A DNA stretch of 64,000 nucleotides from Spirochaetaceae bacterium. Its GTDB lineage: Bacteria; Spirochaetota; Spirochaetia; DSM-27196; SKKC01. The stretch is taken from NCBI GenBank assembly GCA_007694005.1, contig RECN01000086.1, forward strand, positions 42,095 to 106,094, written 5' to 3'. Shown here piece after piece: positions 1 to 9,535 of this stretch; within the stretch, counting starts at the first letter, position 1; the number at the start of each line of letters is the position of its first letter. Below the pieces are notes generated by a model. The model had not been told where the DNA came from and did no database searches. It saw only the letters and a program-made list of their open reading frames with translations. A program made the translations under genes and the position numbers.

Positions 1-272
1 GGCGGGAGAACAGTACCGGAATTACCGCAAGAATGTGCATCCGCTGTATAGAGATAACCCCGAGCTGGTATAGTCCGGATATCTTGACAGAAAACTGTCT
101 CATATATGGAATCAGGAACTCTTTATCGGTATTTTCTGTTCGATGAGACGTTTTTTTTCGCCTGTGCATGTAGCCGTTCCGCGATAATTTTTATACCCTA
201 TGAATCGTAGTGAAGATCATGTTTCGAGTACGTTGTGCTGTAGAAACCGGTTTTCATTCACTTTTTGCTGCG

Positions 273-321
273 GGCCTTCCAGAGGTTTTCCTACCTCCTT
301 TCCTCTGGAGGCCTTTTTTTT
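273..321 (+). terminator. Rho-independent terminator-like hairpin in the leader of dus
   Basis: A 12-bp GC-rich stem pairs 273-285 with 302-313, with one bulged T at 277 and a 16-nt loop. It is followed by T8 at 314-321 and a second T8 at 325-332. Confidence 0.6.
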
Positions 322-348
322 ATCTTTTTTTTGTTTCCGGTAGACTTC

Positions 349-1368
349 ATGAATGCTTCAACCACGAAACGTCTGTGGCGCGATCTTCCCAGACCCTTTC
401 AGGTGCTTGCCCCCATGGAAGATGTGACGGACACCGTTTTTCGTCGGGTTGTAGCTGCGTCCGGAAGGCCAGACGTATTTTTCAGCGAGTTTACCGGGGT
501 GGACGGGCTTTGTGGTCCCCAGTCGCAGCGTATCGGCCGCCGGCTTCAATACACACCCGCAGAAACACCCATCGTCGTACAGATCTGGGGTAACAATCCC
601 GAGAACTACGCTACAATCGTTCCCCGACTCACTCAGATGGGCTTCTCCGGCGTCGACATAAATATGGGTTGCCCGATCCGAAAGCTGACACGCAAGGGAT
701 TCTGTTCAGCACTCATAGAAAACAGAAGTCTTGCGTCCGAAATTATTCATGCAACACGCGAAAATGCCGGTCCACTTCCTGTCAGCGTGAAAACGCGCAT
801 CGGTTTTCGGACAAGGACAACCGAAGCCTGGATCGGGTTTCTGCTCGAGCACGGTCTCGATGCACTGACGGTTCACGGGCGCATTGCGAGTCAGATGTCT
901 GAAGGTGATGCTGACTGGAAGGCCGTGGCCGAATGTGTGCGGCTCCGCGATCAGCTCGCTCCTGAAACGGTAGTGATAGGCAACGGCGACGTCAGGTCGC
1001 AGGCGGAAGTTGCGCGAAGGGTAGAAGAAAGCGGCGTCGACGGCGTTATGATAGGGCGGGGTATATTCGAGAATCTGTACATATTTCGGCGAGACGGAAG
1101 TTCATTCGAATCAGTTCCGGTAATAGACAGAGTCATGGCGCTCAGGCGCCACTTTCGCCTTCACCGCCGGCAATGGGGCGACCGCCGGAACTACCATGCC
1201 TTGAAAAAATTCGTGAAAATGTACATGGGAGCCGGTGATCACGTCGCAGATTTCACCGATGCGGTTCTGCACAGCAGAGACTACGCACACGGTGCACAGC
1301 TTATCGAAGACTATCTGGCCTCACTGAGAAATGGCAAGGAGGTGGCAGGCAATGAGACGGACGGGTAA
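349..1368 (+). CDS. dus: tRNA-dihydrouridine synthase family protein
   Basis: ORF 265..1368 carries Dus motifs LAPMEDVTD, GVDINMGCP (catalytic Cys) and LTVHGR. The start was moved to ATG 349 because 265-348 spans the terminator hairpin and T-runs. Confidence 0.85.
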   Translation: MNASTTKRLWRDLPRPFQVLAPMEDVTDTVFRRVVAASGRPDVFFSEFTGVDGLCGPQSQRIGRRLQYTPAETPIVVQIWGNNPENYATIVPRLTQMGFSGVDINMGCPIRKLTRKGFCSALIENRSLASEIIHATRENAGPLPVSVKTRIGFRTRTTEAWIGFLLEHGLDALTVHGRIASQMSEGDADWKAVAECVRLRDQLAPETVVIGNGDVRSQAEVARRVEESGVDGVMIGRGIFENLYIFRRDGSSFESVPVIDRVMALRRHFRLHRRQWGDRRNYHALKKFVKMYMGAGDHVADFTDAVLHSRDYAHGAQLIEDYLASLRNGKEVAGNETDG

Positions 1369-1849
1369 GCAGAAAAAAATCGGGGTCGGCAGGATGATCC
1401 GGCTGATCAGTCTGCTGCTTTTTGGAGTCGCTCTATCTCACGCGTTTGGTACCTGGCTGTTTTTGCGGACTGCAGTTTCAACCGAGGGCGAAGTAATCGC
1501 ATTTGATCAAGTTGACAATCCCGCCCCGCTGGTCGCCCCGGAAACGGGCCGACTGTTCTATCCGATCATTGAGTTTGCGGATGAAACCGATACCCGTTAT
1601 GTTGTAGAAGCACGACGCGGTGTTCGTTCAATGGAGCTTGAGCCCGGAGACCGTATACGCGTCCTGTACCGGCCCGAACGACCCGAGGCGGCACGCGTCG
1701 ACGATCCCATGGAACTCTGGGGCGCGACCGGGATTTTTGGGCTTCTGTCGGCCGTGATGCTGTTCATCAGTCTGGTCGCTCCCTTCGGGTTCGCCGATAT
1801 ACGTGGGCATCGACGATCAGTAAGTCCAGTCTGGAAGGAAGAAGATTGA
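1352..1849 (+). CDS. DUF3592-like membrane protein (TM, beta-rich domain, TM)
   Basis: ORF 1331..1849. AAGGAGG at 1336-1342 lies 9 nt before ATG 1352. Hydrophobic segments LISLLLFGVALSHAFGTWLFL and GIFGLLSAVMLFISLVAPF flank a soluble core. The gene overlaps the dus 3' end by 17 nt. Confidence 0.6.
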   Translation: MRRTGKQKKIGVGRMIRLISLLLFGVALSHAFGTWLFLRTAVSTEGEVIAFDQVDNPAPLVAPETGRLFYPIIEFADETDTRYVVEARRGVRSMELEPGDRIRVLYRPERPEAARVDDPMELWGATGIFGLLSAVMLFISLVAPFGFADIRGHRRSVSPVWKEED

Positions 1850-3294
1850 TGGATTCAGCAAAGGGTGTTGGTATTGCGACGGACCTGTATGAACTGACCA
1901 TGATGCAGGGCTATCATGCCTACGACAGAAATATCCCTGTGGTATTCGAACTGTTTTTTCGTTCCCAGCCCTTCGGAGGCGGCTACTCGATTCTCGCAGG
2001 TGTGCAGGATGTAATTTCTCATCTGCAAAGCCTGTCCTTCTCGGAAGGCGAACTTGCCTACCTCGAAAGCCTCGGACCTTTCCAGAAGGACTTTCTTGAC
2101 GAACTATCCCGTTTCCGGTTTTCGGGTGACGTGTACGCCATGCCGGAGGGAGAAGTCGTGTTTCCGAATGAACCACTGCTGCGTGTTCATGCGCCCCTCG
2201 CTGAAGCGCAGGTCGTCGAAAGCATGATACTCAACATTCTGAACTTCCAGACCCTGATCGCAACCAAGGCAGCCCGCATAACACACGCGGCACACGGAAA
2301 ATCAGTCCTTGAAATGGGAATGCGCCGCGCACAGGGACCGGATGGAGCACTGTCCGCAGCGCGGGCCGCGTACATCGGAGGCGTCGAAGCGACAAGCAAC
2401 ACACTTGCCGGGATGAAGTACGGGCTTCCGGTACGTGGAACCATGGCCCACAGTTGGGTCATGACTTTCGATACCGAGCTCGAAGCATTCGAGCGCTACG
2501 CGCAACTGTACCCCGACCGGTGCATCTTTCTCATTGATACCTACGATACACTCGGGTCCGGCATAGAGAACGCGATAACCGTCGGAGCCTGGCTCAAGGA
2601 ACGGGGAAAGTCCTTCGGCGTCCGTCTCGACAGCGGTGACCTGGAATATCTCTCCCACGCGGTCCGTAAACGCCTCGATGACGCCGGCTTCCCCGACGCG
2701 AAAATTGCCGTGAGCAACGAGCTCGACGAGTGGATCGTCAACCAGCTGGTAACCGATGGCGCACCGATCGACCTCTGGGGAATCGGCACTCACCTCGTTA
2801 CCGGTGGATCTCAGTCGAGCTTCCCCGGTGTATACAAGCTTGCGGCACGGTACGACGAAACGATCAACGGGATGCGCCCCGTCATGAAAGTCTCCGATAA
2901 CCCGGAGAAGTCGAGCAACCCCGGGATCAAGCAGGTGTTTCGCTTTTTTACCGAATCGGGCGAACCGCTCGGCGATCTTGTTTCGGAAGCCGGGGAGCCG
3001 ATACCGGGGGGAGAAGCGGTGACATTTCATCATCCGTCAGCTCTCACACAGAAGTATCGGATGGAAGACTACGACTATACGAGGCCGCTTTTATCGCAGG
3101 TCATGAAAAACGGGGCCGCATGCAGCGAGCCTGAAACGCTGCCGGAGCTTCGAAGTCGTGCAGTATCACGTGTCAACTCGCTCCCGCATACCTACCGCAG
3201 AATGATTAATCCGCACGTGTACAAAGTCAGTCTTTCACGCAGACTGAAAGAAATGAAGCTTTCCATCCTGCGGGATCATGGCATATACGACTGA
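1849..3294 (+). CDS. pncB: nicotinate phosphoribosyltransferase
   Basis: N-terminus DLYELTMMQGY, the GTMAHSWV motif, and a length near 480 aa. A GGAAGGAAGAAG RBS precedes ATG 1849; the track start at 1846 is TTG. Confidence 0.9.
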   Translation: MDSAKGVGIATDLYELTMMQGYHAYDRNIPVVFELFFRSQPFGGGYSILAGVQDVISHLQSLSFSEGELAYLESLGPFQKDFLDELSRFRFSGDVYAMPEGEVVFPNEPLLRVHAPLAEAQVVESMILNILNFQTLIATKAARITHAAHGKSVLEMGMRRAQGPDGALSAARAAYIGGVEATSNTLAGMKYGLPVRGTMAHSWVMTFDTELEAFERYAQLYPDRCIFLIDTYDTLGSGIENAITVGAWLKERGKSFGVRLDSGDLEYLSHAVRKRLDDAGFPDAKIAVSNELDEWIVNQLVTDGAPIDLWGIGTHLVTGGSQSSFPGVYKLAARYDETINGMRPVMKVSDNPEKSSNPGIKQVFRFFTESGEPLGDLVSEAGEPIPGGEAVTFHHPSALTQKYRMEDYDYTRPLLSQVMKNGAACSEPETLPELRSRAVSRVNSLPHTYRRMINPHVYKVSLSRRLKEMKLSILRDHGIYD

Positions 3295-3303
3295 TCGCTG
3301 TTG

Positions 3304-3909
3304 ATGCGTCAGTTGGAATCGCAATATACTGCGTCGATAATCATGAGCACCGTACAAGTCGCACCCGATGTTCGATCCCGTTACGAGAAACTTGAGTTCG
3401 TCGCCTTTCTCGCGGGACTCTGCCTGTTTTTTTCAACGATAGAGTATCTGTTTCCAAAGCCACTGCCGTTTTTTCGACTCGGGCTCGCAAACCTTCCTAT
3501 CCTGATTTCTCTGGAATTCCTGTCTCCGGGCTATGTATTTCTGCTCGTTCTGCTGAAAGTGCTTGGGCAGGGACTCGTCAACGGCACGCTCGCGTCTTAC
3601 GTGTTCCTTTTCTCGCTGGCGGGAAGCTTTTCAAGCGTAATCGTCATGCTCTCAGCACGGAAGCTCTTCGGACGCCATATCAGTCTGGTAGGAATCAGTC
3701 TGTTTGGGGCCATTGCGAGCAACATTGTCCAGATCTTTTTGAGTGTCAACTTCATCTTCGGTCTTACCGCCTGGGTGATCGCCCCCATATTCATGACTCT
3801 CGGGACCGGCAGCGGACTTTTCGTCGGGCTCTTTGCCGAGAAATTCCGTACACAGAGTCGTTGGCTCGATACGATGCGACAGCACTATGGCAAAGATTCG
3901 CAAGACTGA
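3304..3909 (+). CDS. Gx transporter family protein (heptaprenyl diphosphate synthase component I-like, ECF S-component-like fold)
   Basis: Polytopic membrane protein with family-typical strings RLGLANLPIL, SLAGSFSS and ISLVGISLFGAIASNIVQI. The start is uncertain (3301 TTG, 3304 ATG or 3343 ATG). Confidence 0.7.
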   Translation: MRQLESQYTASIIMSTVQVAPDVRSRYEKLEFVAFLAGLCLFFSTIEYLFPKPLPFFRLGLANLPILISLEFLSPGYVFLLVLLKVLGQGLVNGTLASYVFLFSLAGSFSSVIVMLSARKLFGRHISLVGISLFGAIASNIVQIFLSVNFIFGLTAWVIAPIFMTLGTGSGLFVGLFAEKFRTQSRWLDTMRQHYGKDSQD

Positions 3910-4516
3910 CAGTTTTCTTTCCCGAAACATCGCGGCGGTTCACCTGTTCGCAGGAGCAACGCTTATCCTGCCGGCGTATCTGTTCCAGCAGAATCTGCTC
4001 GTCCGTATCGCACAGGTGCTCCTGTTTGCGTGGCTTGCCACGGTGAACGGTAAACGCATCAAATGGAACTATTTTGTTATCATGGTCACCTCGATCACCT
4101 TTTTTCACACCCTCAATCCCTTCGGCGAGGTGCTTCTCAGCATCGGACCGTACACGATGACCCGTGGTGCGCTGCGGGGCGGGTTGTTCCGTGGGGTGAC
4201 AATCGTCGGACTGGTGTTCCTCTCGCTGTTTTCGATACGACCGGATCTCAAACTGCCCGGAAAGCTCGGAGGGCTGCTCGGGCAGGTCTTTTATTATTTT
4301 GAGCGCGTCTTCGAGGGTAAGAAGAAAATACGGGTCAAGGCCATTATCGAGAGCCTCGACGAGATTCTCTGGGATCTGTTCATTCCCGGCGAAACGGTGG
4401 AACCGGCTTACATTGAAGGGTCTCAAACAACGGTTCGGGGTTGGCTGTTTCTCTTCGTACTCGTAGGAACAAACTGGTTTTTCCTGTTCTACCGGATACC
4501 ATTTGTGCTGCTATAA
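3887..4516 (+). CDS. hypothetical polytopic membrane protein
   Basis: ORF 3833..4516 with at least 5 hydrophobic helices. ATG 3887 gives a 23-nt overlap with the upstream gene. No family was recognised. Confidence 0.5.
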   Translation: MAKIRKTDSFLSRNIAAVHLFAGATLILPAYLFQQNLLVRIAQVLLFAWLATVNGKRIKWNYFVIMVTSITFFHTLNPFGEVLLSIGPYTMTRGALRGGLFRGVTIVGLVFLSLFSIRPDLKLPGKLGGLLGQVFYYFERVFEGKKKIRVKAIIESLDEILWDLFIPGETVEPAYIEGSQTTVRGWLFLFVLVGTNWFFLFYRIPFVLL

Positions 4517-4536
4517 CAGCGTAAGGAGACGATTCT

Positions 4537-5580
4537 ATGGCACAACGCATGAAAGCGCTGGTAAAGAAGAAGGCGGAACCCGGTTTATGGCTTGACGAGG
4601 TACCCGTCCCGGAGCCGGGAATCAACGACGTCCTGATACGCATACAGCGTACGTCCATCTGCGGCACCGATATACATATTTACAACTGGGACCGGTGGGC
4701 TCAGAAGACCATACCGGTCCCAATGCACGTCGGCCACGAGTACGTCGGGATCGTCGAGTCTGTCGGCGACAACGTGCACGATTTTCGGCCCGGTGACCTT
4801 GTCAGCGGTGAAGGACACATCGTCTGTGGCCGGTGCCGGAACTGCCTTGCCGGTCGCCGACACCTGTGCCCGCACACGCTTGGCGTCGGCGTCAACCGTC
4901 CCGGTGCGTTTGCCGAGTTCCTCTGCATCCCCATGAGTAACGTATGGTATGCGGACACGACGATTCCAAAAGAAGTTCTCAGCTGTTTTGACCCGCTTGG
5001 AAATGCGGTGCACACCGCGTTGAGTTTTGATGTTCTCGGTGAGGACGTTCTGATTACTGGAGCAGGCCCCATCGGTATCATGGCGGCCGCCGTCGCACGA
5101 CACGCGGGAGCACGACACATCGTCATAACCGATGTGAACCCCTACCGGCTCAATCTGGCAAGAAGCATGGGCGTTACTATGGCGGTCGATCCGCGCGAGA
5201 AGTCACTGTCTGACGTACAGCGTGAACTCGGTATGAGTGAAGGTTTTGACGTCGGCCTTGAGATGTCCGGCAACGATTCGGCTTTCAAGGACATGATCGC
5301 GAACATGTGTCACGGAGGAAAAATCGCCATGCTCGGCATTATGGGCCAGGATATTGCCATCGACTGGAACACGATCGTGTTTAATGGCCTCCACATCAAG
5401 GGCATATACGGTAGAGAGATGTATGAGACCTGGTACAAAATGACGACGATGATACAGAGCGGTCTTGATATATCACCGATTATTACCCATCAGTTTGATT
5501 TCCGTGATTATCACGAGGCACTCGAAACCATGAAAAGCGGTCAGAGCGGCAAAGTCGTCCTGAACTGGGAAAGCACTTAA
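4537..5580 (+). CDS. tdh: L-threonine 3-dehydrogenase
   Basis: Zn-ADH motifs CGTDIHIY and GHEYVGIV, a structural-Zn Cys cluster [15 protein letters not shown], and NAD motif GAGPIG. An AAGGAG RBS is present and the gene is adjacent to kbl. Confidence 0.93.
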   Translation: MAQRMKALVKKKAEPGLWLDEVPVPEPGINDVLIRIQRTSICGTDIHIYNWDRWAQKTIPVPMHVGHEYVGIVESVGDNVHDFRPGDLVSGEGHIVCGRCRNCLAGRRHLCPHTLGVGVNRPGAFAEFLCIPMSNVWYADTTIPKEVLSCFDPLGNAVHTALSFDVLGEDVLITGAGPIGIMAAAVARHAGARHIVITDVNPYRLNLARSMGVTMAVDPREKSLSDVQRELGMSEGFDVGLEMSGNDSAFKDMIANMCHGGKIAMLGIMGQDIAIDWNTIVFNGLHIKGIYGREMYETWYKMTTMIQSGLDISPIITHQFDFRDYHEALETMKSGQSGKVVLNWEST

Positions 5581-5602
5581 CCCGAAGAAGAGGTATGTAC
5601 GC

Positions 5603-6793
5603 ATGTACGGAGATCTGAAAAGTTCGCTTTCAGCCGAGCTGCAAAGTATTCGTGACAGTGGACTGTTTAAAGAAGAGCGTATCATCACGACTCCGCAGTC
5701 TTCCCACATCAAGACAACAGGCGCGGGGGATACCCTCAATTTCTGCGCGAATAACTACCTCGGACTCGCCGATCATCCGAAGCTCGTGGAAGCAGCACAC
5801 GCATCCCTCGATGCCTGGGGGTTTGGTCTTGCGTCCGTCAGATTTATTTGTGGTACACAGGAAATACATAAAGCACTCGAAGGTCGATTGTCGGCCTTTC
5901 TCGGCGCCGAGGATACCATTCTGTACGCAAGCTGTTTTGACGCGAACGGAGGGCTTTTTGAGCCACTTCTCGGACCCGAAGACGCTGTTATCAGCGATGC
6001 CTTGAATCACGCGAGCATCATAGACGGGATTCGACTGTGTAAAGCAAAACGGTACCGGTACGCGAACAGCGATATGAACGATCTTGAACGTGCCCTGAAA
6101 GAATCCCAGGGAGCGCGCCGCAGACTGATCGCGACCGATGGTGTATTCAGCATGGACGGGACGATCGCGAAGCTCGACGAGATCTGTACCCTCGCGGATC
6201 GCTATAACGCCCTTGTCATGTTTGACGACTGTCACGCAGTCGGGTTTCTCGGGGAAGGCGGTAAAGGTACACATTCCTATCGCAAGGTAATCGACCGGGT
6301 CGATATCATTACCGGTACGCTGGGAAAAGCACTCGGTGGGGCGACGGGCGGGTATACCTCGGGGAAAAAAGAGATCGTGGAGCTCCTGCGGCAGCGCTCG
6401 CGCCCGTATCTGTTCTCGAACACGGTTGCTCCCGGCATCGTTGCCGCATCAATTGCAGCAATCGACCTGATCGAATCAGATAGTTCGCTGCGAGATCGAC
6501 TTTTTCGAAACACCGCCCATTTTCGCCGCGGAATGGAAGAAGCAGGCTTCGAAATCGCGAAGGGAGAACACCCGATTGTCCCGATCATGCTCGGAGACGC
6601 TGCGCTCGCCAACAGGATGGCATCAAAAATGCTCGATCGGGGAATCTATGTCATTGGTTTCTCGTACCCGGTTGTTCCCAGGGACACCGCCCGCATACGG
6701 GTCCAGCTTTCGGCCGCGCATTCCGAAGAAGACGTTCAGCGGGCTATCGATGCGTTCCGGGATGTGCGAGACGAACTGTCTCGTGAACACTAA
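5603..6793 (+). CDS. kbl: glycine C-acetyltransferase (2-amino-3-ketobutyrate CoA ligase)
   Basis: Alpha-oxoamine synthase motifs NYLGL, FSMDG and TLGKALGG (PLP lysine). It is paired with tdh. Confidence 0.93.
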   Translation: MYGDLKSSLSAELQSIRDSGLFKEERIITTPQSSHIKTTGAGDTLNFCANNYLGLADHPKLVEAAHASLDAWGFGLASVRFICGTQEIHKALEGRLSAFLGAEDTILYASCFDANGGLFEPLLGPEDAVISDALNHASIIDGIRLCKAKRYRYANSDMNDLERALKESQGARRRLIATDGVFSMDGTIAKLDEICTLADRYNALVMFDDCHAVGFLGEGGKGTHSYRKVIDRVDIITGTLGKALGGATGGYTSGKKEIVELLRQRSRPYLFSNTVAPGIVAASIAAIDLIESDSSLRDRLFRNTAHFRRGMEEAGFEIAKGEHPIVPIMLGDAALANRMASKMLDRGIYVIGFSYPVVPRDTARIRVQLSAAHSEEDVQRAIDAFRDVRDELSREH

Positions 6794-7050
6794 GCGTCTT
6801 CGTGTGAGTCGTCGGCATCCGACGTAAGATCGACAAGAAGCTCCCGGATTTCGTCTGTGTATTCCTGTGGTGCTTCAAGATATCCCCAACCGTGTTGAGT
6901 CTGGAATATCCCCGCGTATACCGTGTCGTAACGAGTCACGATGCGGTGTGGTATGTCCTGCTCGTCGAGAACGCCCGACAGACGCTGGGCCTGTATCTCG
7001 TTGTCGAGGTCAACTATGTGTTTGTAATCAGCCATAGCGTCACATAGCAT
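6790..7050 (-). CDS. hypothetical small acidic protein
   Basis: An 86-aa ORF (81 aa if it starts at ATG 7035) filling the gap between kbl and rny, with an acidic C-terminus. No family was recognised. Confidence 0.45.
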   Translation of the reverse strand: MLCDAMADYKHIVDLDNEIQAQRLSGVLDEQDIPHRIVTRYDTVYAGIFQTQHGWGYLEAPQEYTDEIRELLVDLTSDADDSHEDA

Positions 7051-7156
7051 AGTCGATCTACCGGTCTGTTCACAACACTGTCCAAAATATCGTCTCCTTG
7101 ACAGAGCCTTGACAAAGCACGTACCCTGATCGCTATTAAAGGAAAGGAGGGCATCG

Positions 7157-8680
7157 ATGGTATTACCGATCGTCCTTCTTCTCGTAGGCTTGATTTTGGG
7201 CTGGGCGGTACGCTGGCTGTATGCGAAATCGCAGCTGTCGGCATCGGAGCAGAGAGCCGAACGCCTGAAAAAAGACGCCGTAAAAGAAGCGGATGCTCTT
7301 AAAAAAGAGCTCCTGTTAGAAACGAAAGATGAACTTATCCGGGAACGGAACGCACAGGAAAAAGAACTCAGGGAACGCCGAAATGAGTTGCAGCGCGTGG
7401 AAAAGCGTCTTGTGCAGAAAGAAGAAAACCTGGATCAGAAGGCCGAAGCGGTAGAACGTCAGGCTCAATCTTTCACTGACCGCGAGAAGAAGTTACAGGA
7501 ACGAGAAACGGATCTTGCCAAGCAGGAAGATCACTGGCGCCTTGAACTCGAACGGGTGTCAGGGCTTTCGATGGACGAAGCCAAGCGGCTCATAATCCAG
7601 TCTATGGAGGATGATGCAAAGCGTGAGGCTCAGTCGGTCATTTCACGTGTCGAGGAAGACGCGAAAGTAACGGCAGACAAGTCGGCACGGGACATACTGG
7701 TCTCGACGATACAGCGCATGGCTTCGGACGTAAACGCCGAGGTAACAGTCGCTTCCGTAAGCCTTCCGAACGACGAAATGAAGGGGCGGATTATCGGTCG
7801 TGAAGGCCGCAACATTCGTACACTCGAAACGCTCACCGGCGTCGATATCATCATCGATGATACGCCCGAAGCGGTTGTCGTGAGCTGTTTTGACCCGGTT
7901 CGCAAGGAAATCGCAAAGAAGAGCCTCGAGCGCCTTGTATCCGATGGGCGTATACATCCGTCGCGCATCGAGGAAGTCGTTCACAAGGTCACACAGGAAC
8001 TCAGTCAGTCGATCTACGAAGAAGGCGAAAAAGCCTGTTTCGACCTTGGCGTGCATAACATGAAGCCTGAAGGGATACGTGGACTCGGTCGGCTTCTCTA
8101 CCGGACCAGCTACGGACAGAACGTACTTGCCCATACACGGGAAGTCGCTACCTTTGCGAGCATGCTCGCTGCAGAAGTCGGCGCGGATCGCGAGATTGCG
8201 AAACGCGGAGGTCTGCTCCATGATATCGGCAAGGGAATAGAGAGCCAGGGAGACACGAATCACGTTGAGCTCGGAGTCGAACTCGCGAAACGCCTCGGCG
8301 AAGACGAGAAAGTGATCAACTGCATCGCTGCTCATCACGGTGACGTACCGCACAGCTGCCCCGAGAGTGTTCTCGTGCAGGTCGCTGACGCACTCAGTGC
8401 CAGTCGCCCAGGCGCCCGCAGGGAAACCCTCGACAACTACATAAAACGCCTCGAAAACCTGGAACGCATCGCGGAACAGTTCGCCGGCGTCGAGAAGGCC
8501 TACGCGATTCAGGCCGGTCGCGAACTCCGAATTATGGTTAACCATGAACAGGTAAGTGATTCGGAGGCAAAAGAGATCGCGAAGAATATCGCACGACAGA
8601 TCGAAGCCGAGTTGCGATATCCGGGTCGGATCAAGGTCACGATGATCCGGGAAACCCGCATCGTGGAGTATGCACGGTAA
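7157..8680 (+). CDS. rny: ribonuclease Y
   Basis: N-terminal TM helix, a long charged coiled coil, KH motif GRIIGREGRNIRTLE and HD motif LLHDIGK. A strong RBS AAAGGAAAGGAGGG is present. Confidence 0.95.
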   Translation: MVLPIVLLLVGLILGWAVRWLYAKSQLSASEQRAERLKKDAVKEADALKKELLLETKDELIRERNAQEKELRERRNELQRVEKRLVQKEENLDQKAEAVERQAQSFTDREKKLQERETDLAKQEDHWRLELERVSGLSMDEAKRLIIQSMEDDAKREAQSVISRVEEDAKVTADKSARDILVSTIQRMASDVNAEVTVASVSLPNDEMKGRIIGREGRNIRTLETLTGVDIIIDDTPEAVVVSCFDPVRKEIAKKSLERLVSDGRIHPSRIEEVVHKVTQELSQSIYEEGEKACFDLGVHNMKPEGIRGLGRLLYRTSYGQNVLAHTREVATFASMLAAEVGADREIAKRGGLLHDIGKGIESQGDTNHVELGVELAKRLGEDEKVINCIAAHHGDVPHSCPESVLVQVADALSASRPGARRETLDNYIKRLENLERIAEQFAGVEKAYAIQAGRELRIMVNHEQVSDSEAKEIAKNIARQIEAELRYPGRIKVTMIRETRIVEYAR

Positions 8681-8729
8681 CACGGTGTATTCCACGGTGA
8701 CGCGAGACAGCTACGTAAGGCGGCGGTGA

Positions 8730-9527
8730 ATGGCTCAGACTACTTTACAGATTCTCATGCTGGGAGACGTTGTAGGGCAGTCGGGCCTTCGTGCCGTGAC
8801 CCTGCTGGTACCCAGGCTCATAAAAAAATACCGGGCCGATCTCGTTGTAATGAACGGAGAGAACGCCGACGACGGTTTTGGACTCAGTCCTGAGAACGCC
8901 CAGACCATGTTCGCAGCAGGCGTCGACGTTATCACGACCGGAAATCATGTCTGGCAGCACAAACAGATCCGCGAGCTTCTCGGTAACGAGGAAACGATCA
9001 TACGACCGGCCAACTATCCGGGCTCACCGCCCGGCAGGGGCTACACCATACGGCAGGTAAAGGGCAGCAGGGTCGCGGTCATGCAGTTGCAGGGTCGTGT
9101 CCGGCTCAGTAATATCGATTGCCCTTTTCGAAAGAGTCGCGAACTCCTTCGCAGTCTCAAGGCCGAAGCGGATATTGTTCTCTGTGATTTTCACGCGGAA
9201 GCAGCGGAAGAAAAAGAGTCGCTCGCAATGTATCTGGACGGGTCCCTGGCGGCAATCGTCGGTACCCATACCCACGTGCAGACAGCAGATGCACGCATCC
9301 TCCCGAACGGAACCGCGTATATAACCGACCTTGGCATGACCGGCCCGGAGGGCAGCGTGATCGGTTTTCAGGCCGAGACCAGCATACGACGGTCGCTGAC
9401 GCAACTCCCGTTGAAAAACGAGGTGCACGATGCGCCGGGTAGCGTTCACGGCGTGCTCATCAGCATACAGCCCGAGACCGGCCTTGCGAGCTCTATTACG
9501 AGCATACGAGAACGATCCGCTATCTGA
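8730..9527 (+). CDS. ymdB: YmdB-like (TIGR00282 family) metallophosphoesterase
   Basis: Motifs ILMLGDVVG, NGENA, TTGNHVW, DFHAEA and GTHTHVQTAD. It lies immediately downstream of rny, as in Firmicutes. Confidence 0.9.
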   Translation: MAQTTLQILMLGDVVGQSGLRAVTLLVPRLIKKYRADLVVMNGENADDGFGLSPENAQTMFAAGVDVITTGNHVWQHKQIRELLGNEETIIRPANYPGSPPGRGYTIRQVKGSRVAVMQLQGRVRLSNIDCPFRKSRELLRSLKAEADIVLCDFHAEAAEEKESLAMYLDGSLAAIVGTHTHVQTADARILPNGTAYITDLGMTGPEGSVIGFQAETSIRRSLTQLPLKNEVHDAPGSVHGVLISIQPETGLASSITSIRERSAI

Positions 9528-9535
9528 GGAGACAG

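Noticed and set aside
1-146. Partial ORFs at the left edge: frame 2 ends at 73, frame 3 ends at 146, and a possible minus-strand start lies at 40
   Set aside because: Three mutually exclusive readings are open and none contains a recognisable motif within the few dozen visible codons. The question cannot be resolved without upstream sequence, so no feature was called.
210-593. 127-aa ORF, and the 265-348 N-terminal extension of dus
   Set aside because: Both would have to be translated through a 12-bp terminator hairpin and two T8 runs. The Dus homology starts only after ATG 349, and the 210-593 frame overlaps dus out of frame with a non-protein-like composition.
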